Counted from the first letter of the stretch, positions 8,204 to 18,636 are shown. The stretch: DNA of 50,552 nucleotides from Planctomycetota bacterium (GCA_038227875.1 JBBRPR010000060.1:1-50552), one strand, 5' to 3'. The notes: generated by a model from the sequence alone, not told the origin. Numbers and translations are program-made.

Positions 8204-9814
8204 ATGAATATCTCGCATAGAAACCTGTGCCTCGTGTGGATTGCGCTCGTGAACTGCATCGGTGCACTGAGCGCCGCAGACAATCTCACGTTTGTACCGG
8301 AAGCGGGAACGCGTCTGGAGACAGCGGCGATTCCCGAAGCCGGAATCGACAGCAGCGGCCAGACCTACCTTTACTACCAGGACGCGTTTCCCGGCGGCAA
8401 AGACAAAGTTTCCATCTCGACCGACGGCCTGACGTTTCCCGTGGGAAGTACGTACACGACCTACGCCAACGATTCGCGCAACACCAGACTTCCCGACGGA
8501 ACGTACCGGCGCTACACCGCACCGCAGCCCGGCACCAACAACTTCACCAGCCAGACCAGCACCGACGGCGTCAACTTCACGCCGCAAGCGGCCACTGTTT
8601 ACACGCTCGTGGCCGCGGACAATTCCTCCTCGGGCGTTTACGAGGCGTACGCGCAGTCCAATGGCAATGTCGTGCTGCTCTACCTCGGTGACCTCCACGG
8701 ATTGAACAACACCCGCATGGCGCGTTCGACCGACGGCGGCAAGACCTTCAGCTTCGTGCGCGGAAATGTGCTCGGCGACGACAGTGCTGGCGGCGGAGGG
8801 AATAGTTTTGTCGACATCACCTCCCTGAAACTTCCCGACGGACGCCGCCGCCTGTTTGCGATGAAAGGCGGCAACGCCATTTACAGTTTCATCAGCACCG
8901 ATGACGGCGAGACCTACACGCAAGAGCCTGGCGCCCGCGTCAGCCGCACGGACTTCAAGGAGTTCAACGTCACCGGCCTGTTCGATCCGGTCGTCGTCCG
9001 CCTCGCCGACGGCAGCTACCGCATGTACGTCTGCGCTCAGGTGCTGAACGCCGACGGATCGACCTCCTCCAAAATTGTTAGCGCATTGGCGTCGGCCACG
9101 GGTTCCTCTTCCGGCATTACGATTTCATCGCCGGCCTCCGCCACGCCGTCGCAGGTCAGCATCGGAGCAGACGTCTCGTTCTCCACGTCCGCCAGCGATG
9201 CCAGCGGCGGTGCACTGACCTACACCTGGACCTTCGGTGATGGCAGCGCGGGAAGCGGTTCGAATGTCACACATGCCTATGTCAGCGCCGGAACGTTCAC
9301 AGCCACGTGCACGGTCACGAATGCCGCGGGCAGCTCCGCTACCACGCAAGTCTCGGTCACGGTCGACGCGAGCTCCGACGGCGCGCTCCAGATTTCAAAA
9401 TTGAATATCAAATTGAACTTCAGCCGCGACAACAGCGACACGCTGATGCTCAGCGCCACCGCGCAACTTCCTGCGGGCTTCACCCCCGATCAGCAGCGCC
9501 TTCTGATCAACGTCGGCGGCGTGGTGCGCAGCTTCGTGCTGAATGCCAGAGGCGGCGGCGTCAGTTCCGAGAGCAGCGCCGATACGGTCATGCTGCGCAC
9601 ACGCAAGGGTTCGTCGCTGGCGATGGTGACCGTCAAACTTTCCCGCGGCGCATTCCTGGCCGACTTTGCGGACGAAGGCTTGCGCAACGCCACCGTCCAC
9701 GCGCAATCTGCGACGATTGGCGTCGCCCTGGTGATTGGAACAGCAGCCTATCACGCCGATGCGGCCGTCACGTACACCGCGCATCTCGGAAAAATGGGCA
9801 GCGCCAAGAAGTGA
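8204..9814 (+). CDS. Secreted protein: Asp-box beta-propeller (sialidase/GH-like), PKD domain and beta-rich C-terminal domain
   Basis: AGGAG before ATG 8204; repeated STDGxTF/STDDGETY Asp-boxes; LTYTWTFGDGS...HAYVSAGTFTATCTV PKD. Confidence 0.8.
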   Translation: MNISHRNLCLVWIALVNCIGALSAADNLTFVPEAGTRLETAAIPEAGIDSSGQTYLYYQDAFPGGKDKVSISTDGLTFPVGSTYTTYANDSRNTRLPDGTYRRYTAPQPGTNNFTSQTSTDGVNFTPQAATVYTLVAADNSSSGVYEAYAQSNGNVVLLYLGDLHGLNNTRMARSTDGGKTFSFVRGNVLGDDSAGGGGNSFVDITSLKLPDGRRRLFAMKGGNAIYSFISTDDGETYTQEPGARVSRTDFKEFNVTGLFDPVVVRLADGSYRMYVCAQVLNADGSTSSKIVSALASATGSSSGITISSPASATPSQVSIGADVSFSTSASDASGGALTYTWTFGDGSAGSGSNVTHAYVSAGTFTATCTVTNAAGSSATTQVSVTVDASSDGALQISKLNIKLNFSRDNSDTLMLSATAQLPAGFTPDQQRLLINVGGVVRSFVLNARGGGVSSESSADTVMLRTRKGSSLAMVTVKLSRGAFLADFADEGLRNATVHAQSATIGVALVIGTAAYHADAAVTYTAHLGKMGSAKK

Positions 9815-9917
9815 ATTGGACAATAGCCACGCCGACAATAGAGGAGAAGCTCAAATGAATACCAACGTTCCGCCCAAAGTTCTGACCGAATGCCCCGACT
9901 CCGCGTGGCTGCTTTAT

Positions 9918-10841
9918 TCAGGGAGCCGGCTTCTTGAAGTGCCGGTCCAGAAACTCCGTCAGCACCGGAATCAACGCGTTGTTCTGCGCCGCCGTGAATC
10001 CATGCCCGCCATCCTTGACTAAGTGCAGCGCCGCTTCGCCGCCGGCCTTCTGCACCGCGTCGAGCATCTCGCGCGGCTGCTCGAGAGGAACGCGCGGGTC
10101 CTTCTCACCGTGAACAATCAGAAATGGAGGAACCTCTTTCGTCACGTAGGTCAGCGGACTGGCCTTGATCGCCACTTCTTTGTGCTCCAGCGTCCGCCCG
10201 CCCAGGAACTGCACTTCCGGCGCGCCCACTTCGCCGCGCTTGATATCGCTTTTCTGATCAATGATCGAAATGAAGTCCACCGGCCCGTAATAATCGATCA
10301 CCGCCTGCACGCGGCTGGATTGCGTCAGGTTTCCGCCGGTGGTGCCCTCAAGGTCCTTGACGCCGCCGGACGTTCCCATCAGCGCGGCCAGATGCCCGCC
10401 CGCCGAATCGCCCATGACGATGACCGACGCCGGATCGATGGAGTACTTGGCTGCATTGGCGCGCAGGAAACGCACCGCCCCTTTGCAGTCCTCAATCGCA
10501 GCCGGAAAAATCGCCTGCTGGCTCAGCCGATAGGTCACGCTGGCAACCACATAACCCTTACCCGCGAGAGGAATCGCCGCGCTGCAACCGTTCTTGGTCC
10601 CGCGCCGCCACCCGCCGCCATGAAAATAAACTACGACCGGGAGCGCCGATTTCGGCTGCTCCGGAAGATAAAGATCCATGCCCAACGAAAGCCCATCGAC
10701 CTTCGCATATTCCACATCGCGCAAAACTTTGACGCCAGACGGAAGATTCGAGCCGCTCTTGGTTTCCGGCGGAGCCTCATCCGCGGCCCATCCGCTCAGA
10801 CAGATTCCCGAAATCAGAATCCCAAGGATCAACGTGCGCAT
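9918..10841 (-). CDS. Secreted alpha/beta hydrolase (HSL/BD-FAE-like esterase)
   Basis: HGGGW oxyanion motif, GDSAGG nucleophile elbow, HGEKD, GGHGF; signal peptide from ATG 10841. Confidence 0.9.
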   Translation of the reverse strand: MRTLILGILISGICLSGWAADEAPPETKSGSNLPSGVKVLRDVEYAKVDGLSLGMDLYLPEQPKSALPVVVYFHGGGWRRGTKNGCSAAIPLAGKGYVVASVTYRLSQQAIFPAAIEDCKGAVRFLRANAAKYSIDPASVIVMGDSAGGHLAALMGTSGGVKDLEGTTGGNLTQSSRVQAVIDYYGPVDFISIIDQKSDIKRGEVGAPEVQFLGGRTLEHKEVAIKASPLTYVTKEVPPFLIVHGEKDPRVPLEQPREMLDAVQKAGGEAALHLVKDGGHGFTAAQNNALIPVLTEFLDRHFKKPAP

Positions 10842-10922
10842 GGCGCCCCTCTCCGAATCAATCTGCCGGTCTCCACTATGAAGTACCGCCAACCGATCGA
10901 AAGGGTGCAACTTATTTCCGCT

Positions 10923-11585
10923 TCACCGTCTCGTGCTACCGCGGGTCCACTGAATTGCCTGACGGACCAGCCGCCGGTAATTCGGGTCGTTGAACGCCGA
11001 CGCCCCATGGCCGGGCTGCAGAAATACGATGCGCGACTGTGCGTACTGATGCGCCCAGCCGAGCAGCGGATCGGAACTCGGGTGTTCGGTGGTCAGCAGG
11101 GGCGTGAGTCCAGGCGCGGTGTAGAGACTTTTGTAAGTCTCCTCGACCATTTCAAAATCCTGCAGTCCTTCCGTGACAGGATGCGGACACAGATGCACCG
11201 CCACGTTCTGATTGGGAGCGTACTGAGACGGCGCGTAGACGCGCCCATGGATCGTACGTTCGGTGTTGATCCATGCGCCGCCGACGATGCGCTCGTATTC
11301 CGGCCATTCGTAATGTCCACATATGGAATGATGGAGAAAGACCAGGCCTTTCCCGCTCTGGAGCAGACTCAGAAAATCCGCGTGAGCCGCTGCCGACATG
11401 GTCTGCGCGAAATCGTAAAACACGAACGCATCGAATTCCGCTGCCGCATCGCGCTTAAAAAAGGACTCGGCCGCCGGGTACTGAACTTCGCGGATCGAGA
11501 CGTCGTCCAACGCTTTCCACATCGCGCTGAATGCATCGCGGTCGTAGCCGTGACCACCCATGATCAACAGAACGTTGCAGCCCAT
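10923..11585 (-). CDS. ThuA-like (class I glutamine amidotransferase fold) protein
   Basis: GGHGYD, GKGLVFLHHS, HPVTEGLQDF..EETY, RIVFLQPGH...YRRLVRQAIQW. Confidence 0.85.
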   Translation of the reverse strand: MGCNVLLIMGGHGYDRDAFSAMWKALDDVSIREVQYPAAESFFKRDAAAEFDAFVFYDFAQTMSAAAHADFLSLLQSGKGLVFLHHSICGHYEWPEYERIVGGAWINTERTIHGRVYAPSQYAPNQNVAVHLCPHPVTEGLQDFEMVEETYKSLYTAPGLTPLLTTEHPSSDPLLGWAHQYAQSRIVFLQPGHGASAFNDPNYRRLVRQAIQWTRGSTRR

Positions 11586-11607
11586 CTCACGTCATCCTTT
11601 CAGGCCG

Positions 11608-12528
11608 CTACAGCCAGCGGTCCAGCCAGCCGAGGACCGCGGCGCGCATTTCCGCAGTCTCAAAATGTCCGTGCTGTTCGCGGAAACTGCTCCACGCTTC
11701 GGGATGGCCTTCCGCCTTGTAAATTTTCTTCAACTCGCGGTCGATGCGATTGAGCCCGGCCGGCGGTGTCAGTGGATCGTAGTCGCCATTTAAAGAAAGG
11801 TGTGAACGCGGCGCGATCAGCGCGTTGATGCCGACGGTATCAAAGTGCTTCAACAAGCTCGGTACATAGTAATAGATGCCATGGCCGTCCAACCCTTGCG
11901 TCACGATCAATTCATGAAAATCAGTCATGCAGCACATGTCGACAGTGACCTTCACGCGCTCATCGAGCGCCGCGGTCCACCACGCCATGGTCGAACCCAT
12001 CGACAGTCCCATGGTGGCGATGCGAGAGGCGTCGACGTCGCTGCGCGTGCAGAGGTATTCCAGCGCGCGCAAGTTGTCGAAGACCATCATTCCCCACAGC
12101 ACGCGGCCCTTCCACAGCATCTCTTTGAAGACCTGCGCTTCGGGGCGGCAAAACCGTTCGCCGAAATTCCATTGATCGATGCAGATGCTGGCGATGCCGC
12201 GCTTGGCCAGTTCGATGCCGTAAGGACCTTGAATCCCGTCGCGCTGGACGATCAGTTCGCGTTTGCCGATCGTGTGGCCGCCGCCGTGCGCGTGATTGTA
12301 AAGCACCGTCGGAAACGGACCGCTGCCCGTGCTGGGTTTGACGAACAAGGCGGGAACATGCTCGAGCCCGTTCACTTCCAGGCTGATGCGTTCGAGGGTG
12401 TATCCGTCATGCTGCTCGGTGGCGACCAGCCGCGAGCGGATCGGTTTTTTGTTGTCGGGAAGGTCACCGAGGAGGGAGTAGAGCAGTTTGCGGCGCGCGA
12501 GGCGATCTTTCCGAGCGAGGTTTTTCAC
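11608..12528 (-). CDS. Dienelactone-hydrolase-like alpha/beta hydrolase (YtaP-like)
   Basis: [19 protein letters not shown] nucleophile, [17 protein letters not shown]. Confidence 0.85.
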   Translation of the reverse strand: MKNLARKDRLARRKLLYSLLGDLPDNKKPIRSRLVATEQHDGYTLERISLEVNGLEHVPALFVKPSTGSGPFPTVLYNHAHGGGHTIGKRELIVQRDGIQGPYGIELAKRGIASICIDQWNFGERFCRPEAQVFKEMLWKGRVLWGMMVFDNLRALEYLCTRSDVDASRIATMGLSMGSTMAWWTAALDERVKVTVDMCCMTDFHELIVTQGLDGHGIYYYVPSLLKHFDTVGINALIAPRSHLSLNGDYDPLTPPAGLNRIDRELKKIYKAEGHPEAWSSFREQHGHFETAEMRAAVLGWLDRWL

Positions 12529-12679
12529 GGAATCCCTTTCGAATGGGTTCAGGAATAGCAATGAAAATGGAAGCACCTTTTATAGCGCAGTGGCGTTGAA
12601 AAAACTTGATCATTTCCGCATGAGAACGCGCGAAAAGTGAATGTTTTCAGTGTGACATTTGGAGTATTTTTACAGGTCC

Positions 12680-14089
12680 ATGAAGACTCGCCGCAAACAC
12701 CGCGTCGCTGAAATTGAGTGGCCACAATTCGGCCCACTGGGGCGGCCACCAGAGGCCCCGACCGCCACCGAATTGCGGCAGCGCATCGACCGCGCGCTCG
12801 CGGCGATGGAGCAACGCGGGCTCACGCACTTGGTCGTCTACGCGGACCGCGAACACTTCGCGAATCTCGCCTTCCTGTCGCATTTCGATCCGCGGTTTGA
12901 GGAAGCGTTGCTGGTGCTCTCGCGGACGCGCACGCCCTTGATGCTCGTCGGCAACGAATGCAAAGACTACCTGCCGATCAGTCCGCTCCACGCGGAAAAT
13001 GGATTCCGCACGGAGCTCTATCAACCGTTCTCCTTGATGGATCAACCGCGCGAGAAGAGCCGGACAATCGAAGCAATCTTTCGGGACGAAGCCATCGGAA
13101 ATACTTCTCGTGTCGGCTGCGTAGGCTGGAAGTATTTCTCGGAGCGCGAACATCCGGACAGCACGCACGCCATCGACATTCCCGCTTTTCTCGTCGACAC
13201 GCTGCGTTCGCTCGCTGGCCGGGAGAATGTGGTTAATGCGACATCGATTTTCATCGACGCGAACGACGGCCTGCGCACGTTTTGCTCGGCGCGCGACATC
13301 GCGTATGTCGAGTACGCGAACATGCTCAGCTCCGAAGCGGTGCGGCGGATTCTGTGCAACGTTAAAGAAGGGCTGACCGATCACGAGCTGGCGCAGCAGG
13401 CGCAGTACGACGGCACGCCGCTCTGCGCCTACTTGAATGTGAAGACCGGCGCGAAAACCGTCTCGCTGGCCAGCCCGAGCGGCAATGAAGTGCGGCGCGG
13501 CAACCGGCTTTCCTGCAACGTTGCGCATTGGGGAAGCAACGTCTGCCGCACCGGCTGGGTCGCTGAATCGGCCGCCGACCTGCCCGTTCCCGCGCGCGAT
13601 TACGTTCCGGCTTTCGCGGGACTCTACTTTGAAGCGATGGCCGCGTGGTTCGGCGCGTTGGACATCGGAGCGCCGGCGGCGGAGTGTGCCGACGCCATCG
13701 CCGAACTTCTGCCGCAGGACGTCTTCAACATCACATTGAATCCGGGGCATTTGATTCACCTGGATGAATGGATCAGTTCGCCGTTTTTTCGCGGTTCGAC
13801 GATCCGACTTCATTCCGGGATGGCGATTCAGTCCGATGTGATTCCGTCGTCGAAAGTGTACGGGTCCACGCGCATGGAAGATGGCTACGTGCTGGCCGAT
13901 GCGACACTGCGCCGGGAACTTTCCGAGCGCTTTCCGGAAACGTGGTCCCGCTGCCAGGCGCGGCGGAAATTCATGACCGACGTGCTAGGGATCGACATGA
14001 GCGACGCAGTGCTGCCGCTCTCCAACATTCCAGCCGTGGTTCCGCCGTTTTTTCTTTCGCCCGGGCTACTCATTGTTTTGGAAAGATAA
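12680..14089 (+). CDS. Creatinase/Xaa-Pro aminopeptidase (M24)-like protein
   Basis: LVVYADREHFANLAFLSHFDPRFEEALLV N-domain; NPGHLIHLDEW and RMEDG in a pita-bread-like domain. Confidence 0.75.
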   Translation: MKTRRKHRVAEIEWPQFGPLGRPPEAPTATELRQRIDRALAAMEQRGLTHLVVYADREHFANLAFLSHFDPRFEEALLVLSRTRTPLMLVGNECKDYLPISPLHAENGFRTELYQPFSLMDQPREKSRTIEAIFRDEAIGNTSRVGCVGWKYFSEREHPDSTHAIDIPAFLVDTLRSLAGRENVVNATSIFIDANDGLRTFCSARDIAYVEYANMLSSEAVRRILCNVKEGLTDHELAQQAQYDGTPLCAYLNVKTGAKTVSLASPSGNEVRRGNRLSCNVAHWGSNVCRTGWVAESAADLPVPARDYVPAFAGLYFEAMAAWFGALDIGAPAAECADAIAELLPQDVFNITLNPGHLIHLDEWISSPFFRGSTIRLHSGMAIQSDVIPSSKVYGSTRMEDGYVLADATLRRELSERFPETWSRCQARRKFMTDVLGIDMSDAVLPLSNIPAVVPPFFLSPGLLIVLER

Positions 14090-14092
14090 GTT

Positions 14093-14989
14093 GTGACGAA
14101 TCCAGAAGTGACTCATGAGTGGACCGAGACGAGCGCGAACATTCGCGTCCGTGGCCTGTCGCGCACGATCCGCGTGCTTCACGTGACGGATTCGCACATC
14201 TCCCTGATCGACGAGCGCGACGGGCAGCATCTGGAAAAGTGCCGCGACGCGCGCGGAAAATTCGCGAGCCGGAGGCTGGATGCCAGCGGCGCGCCGGTCT
14301 CGACGGAAGTCACGTTCGCCGAAACACTGACGCGTTCCGATTTCGGGGCGCTGGATCTGCTGGCGCTCACCGGCGACATCGTCAACTTTCCCGCGCAGGC
14401 CAGCCTTGAATCCGCGTCGGCATCGCTGGCGCGCGCGGGAATGCCGGCGCTCTATACGCCCGGCAATCACGACTGGCTGTTCTCGGGACTGGAAGGCACG
14501 GACGCGCGGCGCCTGGAATTTTACCCCGCGCTTGCGCCCTTGCACGGCGGCGCGCCGTCGTTTGCGAAACGCGACATTCATGGGGTGCGCTTTATCGCCA
14601 TCGACGATTCGAACTACCAGGTCAACGACGAGCAATTCGAATTCGCGCACGCGGCATTGAAAGACGGAATGCCGTCGGTGTTTCTGATCCATATTCCGAT
14701 TTCATTGCCGACGCTGCGGCCGCCCACGATCGCGCGCTGGAATGCGCCGATCCTGCTGGGCGATCCGCATTGGGATGAGTTGAGCCGGAAAAAGTGGTTC
14801 GCGCGCGTCAACGGCGATCGCACGGTCGAGTTCGTGCGGTTGCTGGCGGAGTCGGCACACGTCATCGCGGTGCTTTGCGGACACATCCATTTTCATCATG
14901 CGGACAATTTGAATCCGCACGCAATTCAGTACGTGGGCAAGCCGGGATACGAAGGCGGATACCGGCTGATTGAGATCGGGCCGCTGTGA
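14093..14989 (+). CDS. Calcineurin-like metallophosphoesterase
   Basis: HVTDSH, TGDIVN, PGNHD and CGHIH motifs; 3 nt after the upstream gene. Confidence 0.88.
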   Translation: MTNPEVTHEWTETSANIRVRGLSRTIRVLHVTDSHISLIDERDGQHLEKCRDARGKFASRRLDASGAPVSTEVTFAETLTRSDFGALDLLALTGDIVNFPAQASLESASASLARAGMPALYTPGNHDWLFSGLEGTDARRLEFYPALAPLHGGAPSFAKRDIHGVRFIAIDDSNYQVNDEQFEFAHAALKDGMPSVFLIHIPISLPTLRPPTIARWNAPILLGDPHWDELSRKKWFARVNGDRTVEFVRLLAESAHVIAVLCGHIHFHHADNLNPHAIQYVGKPGYEGGYRLIEIGPL

Positions 14990-15053
14990 GGATGCGAGCC
15001 AGCACCCGACGCGGACAAACTTTGATAATAATTACTAATTTAGGCGCTCAAAA

Positions 15054-15686
15054 ATGACAAGAATTCTAACGAAGATCATGCTCCTGGTGATTGGATTTCA
15101 GAGCGTTACATTGATGGCCGGAGAAGTAACTTTGTATCCACCATCGAATTCGCCGCCTGTAGACTCCTCCTGCTCTATTCTGGACAGCACGTCGATAAAT
15201 GTCGTAGGCACAGCGCAAAGCGGGACAATTACGATTACTCGTATTAAGTCACCCACAGTATCCGTTCAAATTAATACAGTTGCTGGCGAAAATGCAGGTG
15301 CAATTGCCATAAAACTTCAAGATGCATTACGAGGAAAGATCGGTCAGAGCATCGTCGCAAACGGCCAAAAATTAGCATTAACGAACATTTCAAATGGAAT
15401 GATTGCTGTGAGAAATACTGATTCGGGACTAAATTTTGCCCCTCACGTAACAAATGCCACTGCGACAAGCGATCCAAATGGGGTATCCATTCAATGGACC
15501 AAGCCTAGCAGTGTTGCCTCTGTGCGTATTTGGCGAGGCGATATACTTCTGGTTTGCACCCAGAATGTGATTTATACTGATCTGGTTGGACGTTTGGATC
15601 AAAACAAGCCGATTGTATATAAGATTGTTTCATTTGATGCCGCCGGTAATCCTGGCGATATGATCACGATTAATTATCCGAATTAA
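15054..15686 (+). CDS. Hypothetical secreted protein, AT-rich, possibly fibronectin-III-like C-terminus
   Basis: Signal peptide; GVSIQWTKP...YKIVSFDAAGN resembles FN3; codon usage unlike neighbours. Confidence 0.65.
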   Translation: MTRILTKIMLLVIGFQSVTLMAGEVTLYPPSNSPPVDSSCSILDSTSINVVGTAQSGTITITRIKSPTVSVQINTVAGENAGAIAIKLQDALRGKIGQSIVANGQKLALTNISNGMIAVRNTDSGLNFAPHVTNATATSDPNGVSIQWTKPSSVASVRIWRGDILLVCTQNVIYTDLVGRLDQNKPIVYKIVSFDAAGNPGDMITINYPN

Positions 15687-15738
15687 AGCGAAGTTCGCTG
15701 CATCACACAAGTAAATCGAGTTCTTGATGGACTCAATT

Positions 15739-18636
15739 CTACTTCGCCCCGAAGCACTGCAACGCGCCATCTTCCGTCGTTAAAAATAGCCGACCGCCGG
15801 CCGCCGAGAGGCCATCGTAGTCGGGTTTGTTATCCAGCGTGATCGACTGAAGTTTCTTGCCATCGGCCGCGGAGACCACCCAGAGTTCGCTCTTTTCCTT
15901 CGGATCCAGCGAGGTCGGAACACCGGCCATGAACGCCGTATCGCCGGCGAGCACAATGCCGACGATCTGTTGCTTCAGCGCTTCGTCGGTCTTCCATTTG
16001 AGAGTGCCGTCCGCGTTGCGGGCGTAGAGGAAGCGCTCGCCGCCCTTGTCCTTTTTCATCAGATCGGGTCCCACGCCGAAACGGTAGCGCCAGGCGGCCA
16101 CACCCAATTTACTGTTGAACGCGAGGTTCTCGCCGGTCGTGACGCCATCGGTCAGTTCAACGTGCTTCTGGCTGGACAGTGAGGGCTCGACGCAGGCCAT
16201 GTAATCGCAGACGGAGACGGGCGTGAGGTACTGCGTGGTGCGCAGAAGTCCCTTCGAAGACCACGCCTTGGCACCCTGGGCGGGTGAACCGTTGCTGATG
16301 GAATAGGAGTTCTTGGTCAGAAAGAGTTCCTTGCCGTCGCTCAAGAACAAGTCGCCGGTGCTCCCGCCGCGCACGCGCCAGCGGATCTTTCCGGTGACCG
16401 CGTCGGCGGCGAACATCCAGATTCCGCCATCGACGTTTACGGAACGCCCGCACGTGAAGTAAATCTCGCCGTTCACCGCCAGCACACCGCCGATCACCGG
16501 CCAGGCCGATGCAAACTGGCCTTCCTCAGCGATGAATTTTTCCACGGGCGCGGCCCGCATCCGCCAGACTTCCTTGCCCGTCCGCGCATCCAGCGCGTAA
16601 ACCGATCCGCCTCCGGTACCGAAGAGACACAGGCCCTTATGCAGCGTCGGCGAAGACTCCACCCGTCCATCCGCAACGAACGACCAGAGCTCCTTGCCCG
16701 TCGCCGCGTCGCGCGCGAAGACGCGGTGCGTTTTGGGTTCCGCAATGCAGACGATACCGTACGCCGAGACGGCCTGGGTGAGCGGGCTGGCGCTGATTTT
16801 CTCCGACCAGAGCAGCGCCGGTTGCGTGGGCAGTGTCTGCTCCGTGGCGTTCGAGCGCGCGGAGTTGAGGCGGTACATCGGCCAGTCGCCGAGACTTTCG
16901 GAGACAGCCGCCGGAGCCGCGCCGGACGAATACAGCTTCGGAATGTCCTTGGTTTCGTCCGTCAGCCACTTGCGCTTTCCTTCGCCCGACATCGCCAGCA
17001 GACCGCGCAGCGTGACGGAGCAGTCGCAGTGGTGCGGCAGGAAATACGTGAGTCCATTGGCGAAGACACCGCCCAGGAAGCAGGCCGAGCGCAGGGTCTT
17101 CTTGTTGACTTCAACGCCGGACTGCACGTTCAGCCAGTCGCCCCAGCCGTAGCTCAGGAAATGAGCGTTGCCGGTAAAGCCGTAGCATTTTCCGCTGAAG
17201 TTGCTGACAGGCATTTCGCGCACGGTCTTTCCCGTCATGCCGTCCAGCACGATGATTTTGTTGGGCTTGCTGGGAATCGTGAGGCACAGCTCGGTGCCGA
17301 CGGGCAATATCGCGCTGCTTTGGACGCAGAGCGTTTTATCGGTCCATAGCAACGCGCCGGTCTTGCCATTGAACGCAGCCAGTTGCGTAAAAGGCTTCCA
17401 ATTCGGAATCGTCGTCACATAGACGATGCCAGCCTTGCAGAAGACCCGCGGCGTGCCGTCGGCCTTGGGCATCGGCGTCTTCCACAGCGACGATCCGGTC
17501 GCCACGTCTACGCCTTCCAGTTCCGTGGCGTTGAGCACGAAGGCCACGCCATCGGCGGACGGCGGATGCGCCGCGGACGGACGCGTCCAGATCACCTTGC
17601 CTGTTGTTTTCTCGACGGCGACGGCGGTGCCGAATTGGCAGATGTCCCGGGCCGTTTCGCTGACCAGCAGCATTCCGCCCACCGACGTAATATTGCGCGG
17701 CGTAATCGCGAGCTTGTATTCATGAACGATCTCGCCGGACTTGCCATCGCGCGCGGTCAGTGTCCCTTTATGCGTCGCATAGGCCCAGCGCTCGTCGCAC
17801 GCCAGCGTGTTGCCCGGCCCCTGCAGCGGCACCCAGCCTTTGCCTTCCAGCGGAAAGCGCCACAGTTCGGTGCCGTTGTAAGCGTCGCGGCCGACCCACC
17901 AGGTATGATCCGCGCGCGCTTCTGCGTAATAGAATCTGCCGCCGCCGGCGACACGGCCGGAATATGTGCCCGCCAGCGCACCCCAGCGCGGATCGCCGAT
18001 CCAGCGCACTTCCGACCAGGGCCCCGCGACTTTGTCGTCACCGATGTAGCTCAAGTCCGGTCCGCCAAAGTTGTGCGTCCACGAACCGTAGTCCGGGTCC
18101 GCGGACTTGACGAAACTGATCCAACCTTTGCGATCGAGCGCTTTGAATTGCTTCACGCCAGCCTGCTTGAGTTTGGCTTCCAATCCATCCGTGGCCGCTG
18201 CGTTGCCATCGTTGCCCAGGATCGCCATGCCGCCGGGGGCGAGGACACGCACGACTTCCTCGAGCGCCACGGGTTTGTGGCCCCAGTTGGCGCAGACGAC
18301 CAGATTGATCAGGTTGTCAGCGTACGGCAGGAAGTCGGCTTCGATCCACGCCATCGAAGCGCGGTCTGCCAATCCCGCTTTGCTGATGGTATCGCGGCTG
18401 GTCTGGATGTTTTTGGATTCCCACGTACAGCCTTGCACGTAAAGCCGGCTGGCCTTTGCCACGGCCGCGACGGAGGCTCCGTCGGCAGGATCAACAACCA
18501 GGCACAGGCCTTGATCGGCCTCGGCCGTTTTCACGGCGTAAGCGGCCCAGTCCGCGCCGTCCGCTGCCAGCGCGAAAGACCCGCAGAAAACGAAGAGCGC
18601 GATGCAGGATGCGAGCAGATTTCGATTCGCGTTCAT
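15739..18636 (-). CDS. Secreted PQQ-binding-like beta-propeller repeat protein with N-terminal SAM-methyltransferase-like domain
   Basis: Signal peptide; LPYADNLINLVV...EVVRVLAPGG; repeated A.DA.TGK.LW blades; DWPMYR. Confidence 0.85.
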   Translation of the reverse strand: MNANRNLLASCIALFVFCGSFALAADGADWAAYAVKTAEADQGLCLVVDPADGASVAAVAKASRLYVQGCTWESKNIQTSRDTISKAGLADRASMAWIEADFLPYADNLINLVVCANWGHKPVALEEVVRVLAPGGMAILGNDGNAAATDGLEAKLKQAGVKQFKALDRKGWISFVKSADPDYGSWTHNFGGPDLSYIGDDKVAGPWSEVRWIGDPRWGALAGTYSGRVAGGGRFYYAEARADHTWWVGRDAYNGTELWRFPLEGKGWVPLQGPGNTLACDERWAYATHKGTLTARDGKSGEIVHEYKLAITPRNITSVGGMLLVSETARDICQFGTAVAVEKTTGKVIWTRPSAAHPPSADGVAFVLNATELEGVDVATGSSLWKTPMPKADGTPRVFCKAGIVYVTTIPNWKPFTQLAAFNGKTGALLWTDKTLCVQSSAILPVGTELCLTIPSKPNKIIVLDGMTGKTVREMPVSNFSGKCYGFTGNAHFLSYGWGDWLNVQSGVEVNKKTLRSACFLGGVFANGLTYFLPHHCDCSVTLRGLLAMSGEGKRKWLTDETKDIPKLYSSGAAPAAVSESLGDWPMYRLNSARSNATEQTLPTQPALLWSEKISASPLTQAVSAYGIVCIAEPKTHRVFARDAATGKELWSFVADGRVESSPTLHKGLCLFGTGGGSVYALDARTGKEVWRMRAAPVEKFIAEEGQFASAWPVIGGVLAVNGEIYFTCGRSVNVDGGIWMFAADAVTGKIRWRVRGGSTGDLFLSDGKELFLTKNSYSISNGSPAQGAKAWSSKGLLRTTQYLTPVSVCDYMACVEPSLSSQKHVELTDGVTTGENLAFNSKLGVAAWRYRFGVGPDLMKKDKGGERFLYARNADGTLKWKTDEALKQQIVGIVLAGDTAFMAGVPTSLDPKEKSELWVVSAADGKKLQSITLDNKPDYDGLSAAGGRLFLTTEDGALQCFGAK

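Noticed and set aside
3975..9818. Identical GAAGTGAATTG at two stop codons (3975-3985 and 9808-9818)
   Set aside because: Mostly explained by a common Lys-TGA ending; the remaining match is short enough to be chance.
10023..11753. 576-aa plus-strand ORF
   Set aside because: Shadow of three minus-strand genes that carry clear family motifs.
15687..15738. Integron attC site after the AT-rich orphan gene
   Set aside because: No RYYYAAC...GTTRRRY box pair or long imperfect hairpin seen.
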